Of a stretch of 64,000 nucleotides of DNA, positions 58,950 to 64,000 are shown piece after piece. The stretch is from Macrostomum lignano (taxonomy: Eukaryota), in assembly GCA_002269645.1 (NCBI GenBank), contig NIVC01000173.1, positions 186,001 through 250,000 of the forward strand, read 5' to 3'. Position numbers and translations under genes: made by a program. The notes below the pieces were generated by a model. It made no database searches. It was given only the letters and a program-made list of their open reading frames with translations, and was not told the DNA's origin. Within the stretch, counting starts at the first letter, position 1. Every line of letters begins with the position of its first letter.

Positions 58950-61534
58950 ATGCCGAATCAACAATCAGTTTTTAAGCCTCTTCATCCTCATCTGTTGCTG
59001 CTGCTTATTCTGACCCTGCTATTGTCGGGTCAGCCGCAACCGGTTAACGCCTGCTTCAGCCAGTCGCACCTGTACCAGCCGAGAGAATCCTCCAACAGGC
59101 AGCGCTCCAGTCACTCCTTCGCATTCGGAGAATATCAACCGAAGACCTCCGAGTTGGCGGTTCAGGCCAGCGGGCCAGAGGGGGCCCCGGTGAGACAGTC
59201 GCGACATCTGCTGAGATCCCGATCTGATTTGCTGGAGTTCAACGGCAGGCGCAGGTCGCGGTACATGACTCGGGTGAGTTGGATTGGCTTTGCTAGGGGT
59301 CTGCAGGTATTGATCTATAGGTAGGGATCTACAGGTAGGGATCTACAGGTAGGGATCTACAGGTAGGGATCTACAGGTAGGGATCTACAGGAAGGGATCT
59401 ACAGGTAGGGATCTACAGGTAGGGATCTACAGGTAGGGATCTACAGGTAGGGATCTACAAGTAGGGATCTACAGGTAGGAATCTACAGGTAGGGATCTAG
59501 AAGTATTGATTTGCAGGTGGGGATCTACAGGTGGAGACCTATGGGTAGGGATCTAGAAGTAGAGATCTACAGATAGGGATCTACTGGTAAAAATCTTCAG
59601 GTAGAGATCTGTAGCTAGGGATCTAAAGTCACAGATCTACAGATAAAGGTAAGGATCAACGGTAGAGATTTGAAATTAGGGATCTGCAGGTAGGAATCTA
59701 CTGGTAGGAGGGATCTACAGGTAGAAATGTACAGGTAGGGATCTACAGGTAGAGATTTGTAATTAGGGATCTGCAGGTAGGAATCTACTGGTAGGAGGGA
59801 TCTACAGGTAGAAATGTACAGGTAGGGATCTACAGGTAGGGATCTACAGGTAGGGATCTACAGGTAGGGATCTACAGGTAGGGATCTACAGGTAGGGATC
59901 TACAGGTAGGGATCTACAGGTAGGGATCTACAGGTAGGGATCTACTATAAGCCCACTATAAGCCTACTACAAGCCTGCGGTAATGGCTAATCAGACTCAC
60001 TAACAGCACAACTGTCTTCTCACAACGCAGCGCTGCAAAGAGAAGCTGGAGCAATTGGCCCTGCTAGTTCGCAACCAATGGAACGGTCACGTTCGCATCC
60101 GGGTTCACCACGCCTGGATGCCGAAGCACGACGCCTATTGGGACAGCCAAGTCGGCCACCGCGGCCTCGAGTCTTTGCACTTTTCTGGCCGAGCAGTGGA
60201 CATGTCTCTGCTGAAATTGAAACCCAATCTGAATTATCGAGACGTAACCTTGGGTCGATTGGCCCAACTGGCTTACTATCAGGCCTATTTCGACTATTGC
60301 AAAGTTTTAAAGGACACTGTGCACTGTTCAGTGAAGTCCGGTGAGCGTTTCAATAATTCAAGTTTAATTGCATCATAGATACTGAGGCAGCGATGATTAT
60401 CCAAGATTTTAGTTGCATCTTAGTGACTGAGGCAGCGATGATTATCCAAGATTTTAGTTGCATCTTAGTGACTGAGGCAGCGATGATTATCCAAGATTTT
60501 AGCCACATCTTATAGTGACTGAGGCAGCGATGATTATCCAAGATTTTACTTGTATCTTAGTGACTGAGGCAGCGATGATTATCCAAGATTTTACTTGTAT
60601 CTTAGTGACTGAGGCAGCGATGATTATCCAAGATTTTAGCCACATCTTATAGTGACTGAGGCAGCGATGATTATCCAAGATTTTACTTGTATCTTAGTGA
60701 CTGAGGCAGCGATGATTATCCAAGATTTTAGCCGCATCTTAGCGACTGAGGCAGCGATGATTATCCAAGATTTTGTGCTGGTAGACTGATAATATATCAG
60801 TAGACAATTATCGATAGAAACACTCGCACCCCACCTCACCAGACGATCCCATGGACTCGGACTGGCTCGCCTGTTTTCCTTCCAAGGCGACGGTTGTCAA
60901 ACGTCACCATGGCAACAGTGGCAACCACAACAACAGCAACAACGCAGTGGTTGCAATTGACACCCTTACACCGGGAGATGAAATTCTTACTCTGGACGAG
61001 CTGACAGGAAAGCAGGTGTTCACCAGAGTTCTCGGTTATCACCATAAACTCGGAGACAGCGAGGCAACCTATCTGAAGATCCAATTAGCCAACGGACATC
61101 AGCTGGAGGTGTCGCCCAATCATCTGGTCTTCTCCACTTCGGCAACGTCGCTAAAAATTCGACCAACCTACGCTGCCGACTTATCGATTGGCGATCGTTT
61201 GATGACGCCGCAATCGTCTGACGGAGGCTGGACGGGAGTAGTGAAAATTTCCGTGAGACATCGTCGAGGTCGGTACGCTCCGATGACGTCGGCTGGTCAC
61301 CTGCTGGTTAACGGAGTCTGGGTGTCCAGCTACGCGCACACTCGTCATCAAGCCGCTGCTCATGTCCTGTTTGCTCCTCTGAGATGGTTGGATTTCCTTT
61401 GTAGCAGCGGCGGCAGGTTCTGCAACTCGATGACGTCAGATGCGTACGATAGAGACGGAGTGCACTGGTATTCGGGGTGGCTGCATCGAGCTGCTCAACT
61501 CATGGCTCCCGGTAGCGTTCTGTTTCCCAACTAA
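58950..61534 (+). CDS. hh: Hedgehog precursor (signal peptide, Hedge signalling domain, Hint/Hog autoprocessing domain), 3 exons, 441 aa, divergent
   Basis: Exons 58950-59273, 60031-60340 and 60843-61534 total 1,326 nt, with intron positions matching canonical hh genes (MTR|RCK and SVKS/D). Motifs: ASG, MTRRCKEKL, NQW, SLHFSGRAVD, HCSVK, autoprocessing CFP, GDEIL, SPNH, YAPMT and VNGV..SSYA. Confidence 0.93.
59320..59945. repeat. 14-bp minisatellite (GTAGGGATCTACAG), hedgehog intron 1
   Basis: Directly visible. Confidence 0.95.
60380..60775. repeat. 45-47-bp minisatellite (ACTGAGGCAGCGATGATTATCCAAGATTTT...), hedgehog intron 2
   Basis: About 9 units. Confidence 0.95.
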
Positions 61535-61687
61535 TTAACTATCTGATATTGTAGACTTTCATAGGATTCAGTTCGTGATTCCCAGTCCAATTTAAGTTTG
61601 CCGTAACTCTGCAGACTTGGTTTGTGCTTGTCTCTTGGGCCTAGCTTCAGTGACTGGTTGCCGATATTAACTGATTGGAGAAAGGTT

Positions 61688-62125
61688 GCTAACTGGTTGC
61701 TAACTGGTTGCTAACTGGTTGCTAACTGGTTGCTAACTGGTTGCTAACTGGTTGCTAACTAGTTGCTAACTGGTCGTTAACTGGTTGCTAACTGGTTGCT
61801 AACTGATTGCTAACTGGTTGCCAACTGGTTGTTAACTAGTTCCTAACTGGTTGCTAACTGGTTGCTAACTGGTTGAACTGGTTCCTAACTGGTTGCTAAC
61901 TGGTTGCTAACTGGTTGTTAACTGGTTGCTAACTGGTTGCTAATTGGTTGCTAACTGGTTGTTAACTGGTTGTTAACTGGTTGCTAACTGGTTGCTAACT
62001 AGTTGTTAACTGGTTGCTAACTGGTTGTTAACTGGTTGCTAACTGGTTGCTAACTGTTTGCTAACTGGTTGCTAACTGGTTGCTAACTAGTTGTTAACTG
62101 ATTGCTTTTGATTGTCAACTGATTG
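61688..62125. repeat. 11-bp tandem repeat (AACTGGTTGCT)
   Basis: Directly visible. Confidence 0.95.
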
Positions 62126-62599
62126 CTAAGCTCAACTCCGAAGCATCAGCCCAAATCAAATCAGACTTCCTCAGCCTCCTCTTCATCTTCACTTCCATGC
62201 CCAACAACCGGTTCAGTTCAACCCTAGTGAGAACTGTGTTGGGTTGCATTTTTCTGTCACGGAAAAAAACCGACTCTGCATCACCTCAGCCGTTTCAGTA
62301 AACGATGCTTTTGTTTACTGGAAGGATGGTAGTTACCTGTTATAGCTTACTCCTTGTTAGCGTTCACGCATAATCGAGTATTCAGCGTTAAACCTGTTAT
62401 GAAAATCTTTTTAGTAGTTTTGTTTAAAATCTTCAAGCAATTCGAAGCAGTCGAAAATTTGAAAGTTACGAAAATTTGAATTATATAAAAGTAGCCACAA
62501 GCGTAAATACGAGCGTATACACGTAGTTTAGCGGTAATAGAGCACTTGAAGCAGTGTAGAAAAAAATGTTTGAACTGCATACGATAAATGATCAGATTT

Positions 62600-62920
62600 C
62601 TCAACGAAGAACGCGCGCGCACAGAAATAGACCACCGGGATTCCCCCACGAGGAACGCGCGTGCACAGAAATAAACTACAGGGATTCCCCCACGAGGAAC
62701 CTGCGTGCACATAAATAGACTACATGGATTCCTCCACGAGGAACGCGCGTGCACAGAAATAGATTACAGGGATTCCCCCATGAGGAACGCGCGTGCACAG
62801 AAATAGATTACAGGGATTCCCCCATATGGAACGCGCGTGCACAGAAATCAACTACAGGGATTTCCTCCATGAGGAATATTAGATTGTAGGGATTCCCCCA
62901 CGAGGAACGCGCGTGCATAG
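62600..62920. repeat. ~42-bp tandem repeat (GGATTCCCCCACGAGGAACGCGCGTGCACAGAAATAG..)
   Basis: About 7 visible units. Confidence 0.88.
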
Positions 62921-63714
62921 CAGTTCGCGAGCAATCTTTCAAGAGAGTTCAGAAGCTCAGGATTTCAAGTTGATTTCAGTTAGTTAGGATCGACAAAATA
63001 ATGCGCAAATTATCAAACTTCCCAGTTTCGTCGGCGTTGCTGAAACGCGCAAATACGTTTTATCATTCCTTTTCACTCTCTGCACGGCCGCTTCGCCTCG
63101 TCGTTAAAGACTGACTGAGTTGCTCTCCCCAACTCCAAATATGGTTGAAATTTTGACCGTGGGATTCGTAGGTGCGCGGTGGCAACGGGCCTAAACACAG
63201 AATGCACCAAATAGCCATCGAGAATTGCGTCGAATTTTCGGTTCAATCAATTGTCTTTTTTCTTAGAAATAAAGGCAAAGGAAGGCCGAAAATGGGTATT
63301 TTTTGAAGGTCTGTCTGTCGCGCATCGCAGATGAAGGGCATAACCCGAAGTTCTATCCAACGAATATCTAAATTGGTTAGAAATATAGCATCGCATCCAT
63401 GGACAGTTGAGCGTGACGCGACACAGCCGGTCCAGTTTTTTTCTAAGATGGGATAAATGGGATAAATAGAAATTTAAGAGTTCGCAACGAAATATAGCTT
63501 TTTTTACCTACGTTTTTGTTTATAAGAGAGAGACTGGTCGCTATGCGGATGCAAGAACTTGCGGATAAGTTAAGAACTTATAGTACTTGAATATAATTAT
63601 CAATATAGCTTTCTCCACTAAACGCACAAGTAGTTTAGCTAAACTTGCAACTACGAGTATAGGCACATTGGAAACCCAATTTCATCCCCCCCCGGTTGCT
63701 AGCCAGTTTTTGGT

Positions 63715-64000
63715 GCTTAAAAGTGGCACTCCTGACCCATCAAAAAGTGGCACTCCTGACCCATCAAAAAGTGGGCACTCCTGACCTATCAAAAAGTGGC
63801 ACTCCTGACCCATCAAAAAGTGGCACTCCTGACCCGTCTAAAAGTGGCACTCGTGACCCATCAAAAAGTGGCACTCCTGACCTATCAAAAAGTGGCACTC
63901 CTGACCCATCAAAAAGTGGCACTCCTGACCCGTCTAAAAGTGGCACTCGTGACCCATCAAAAAGTGGCACTCCTGACCCATCAAAAAGTGGCACTCCTGA
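63715..64000. repeat. 24-bp tandem repeat (AAAAAGTGGCACTCCTGACCCATC), runs off the right edge
   Basis: Directly visible. Confidence 0.95.

Overview
Intron-rich, repeat-dense metazoan genomic DNA. A free-living flatworm such as Macrostomum is my guess from gene style and repeat content, but this is inference only. Host genes reconstructed exon by exon: the 5' end of WDR7/rabconnectin-3beta (-), a rotund/lin-29/ZNF384-type C2H2 factor (+), a 7-exon ZIFL/MFSD10-like MFS transporter (-), a 13-exon classical dynamin (+) and a 3-exon divergent hedgehog (+). Most of the longer introns carry their own minisatellite. The standout is a 8,999-bp element at 13634-22632 with ~1.3-kb terminal inverted repeats (5'-ACTACT...AGTAGT-3') and a perfect 6-bp target-site duplication (GAAGCT). 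It encodes only two divergently transcribed genes. One is a 1,276-aa Polinton-type protein-primed DNA polymerase B split by six spliceosomal introns, three of which cut catalytic motifs A, B and C. The other is a tandem PC4-like ssDNA-binding protein. I see no integrase, capsid, packaging ATPase or adenain protease. The element sits three codons before the first catalytic Asp of a decayed Chapaev/RAG1-N-like DDE transposase. Also present: a 5'-truncated LINE with TSD, a Merlin remnant, two copies of a tRNA-derived SINE and several MITEs.
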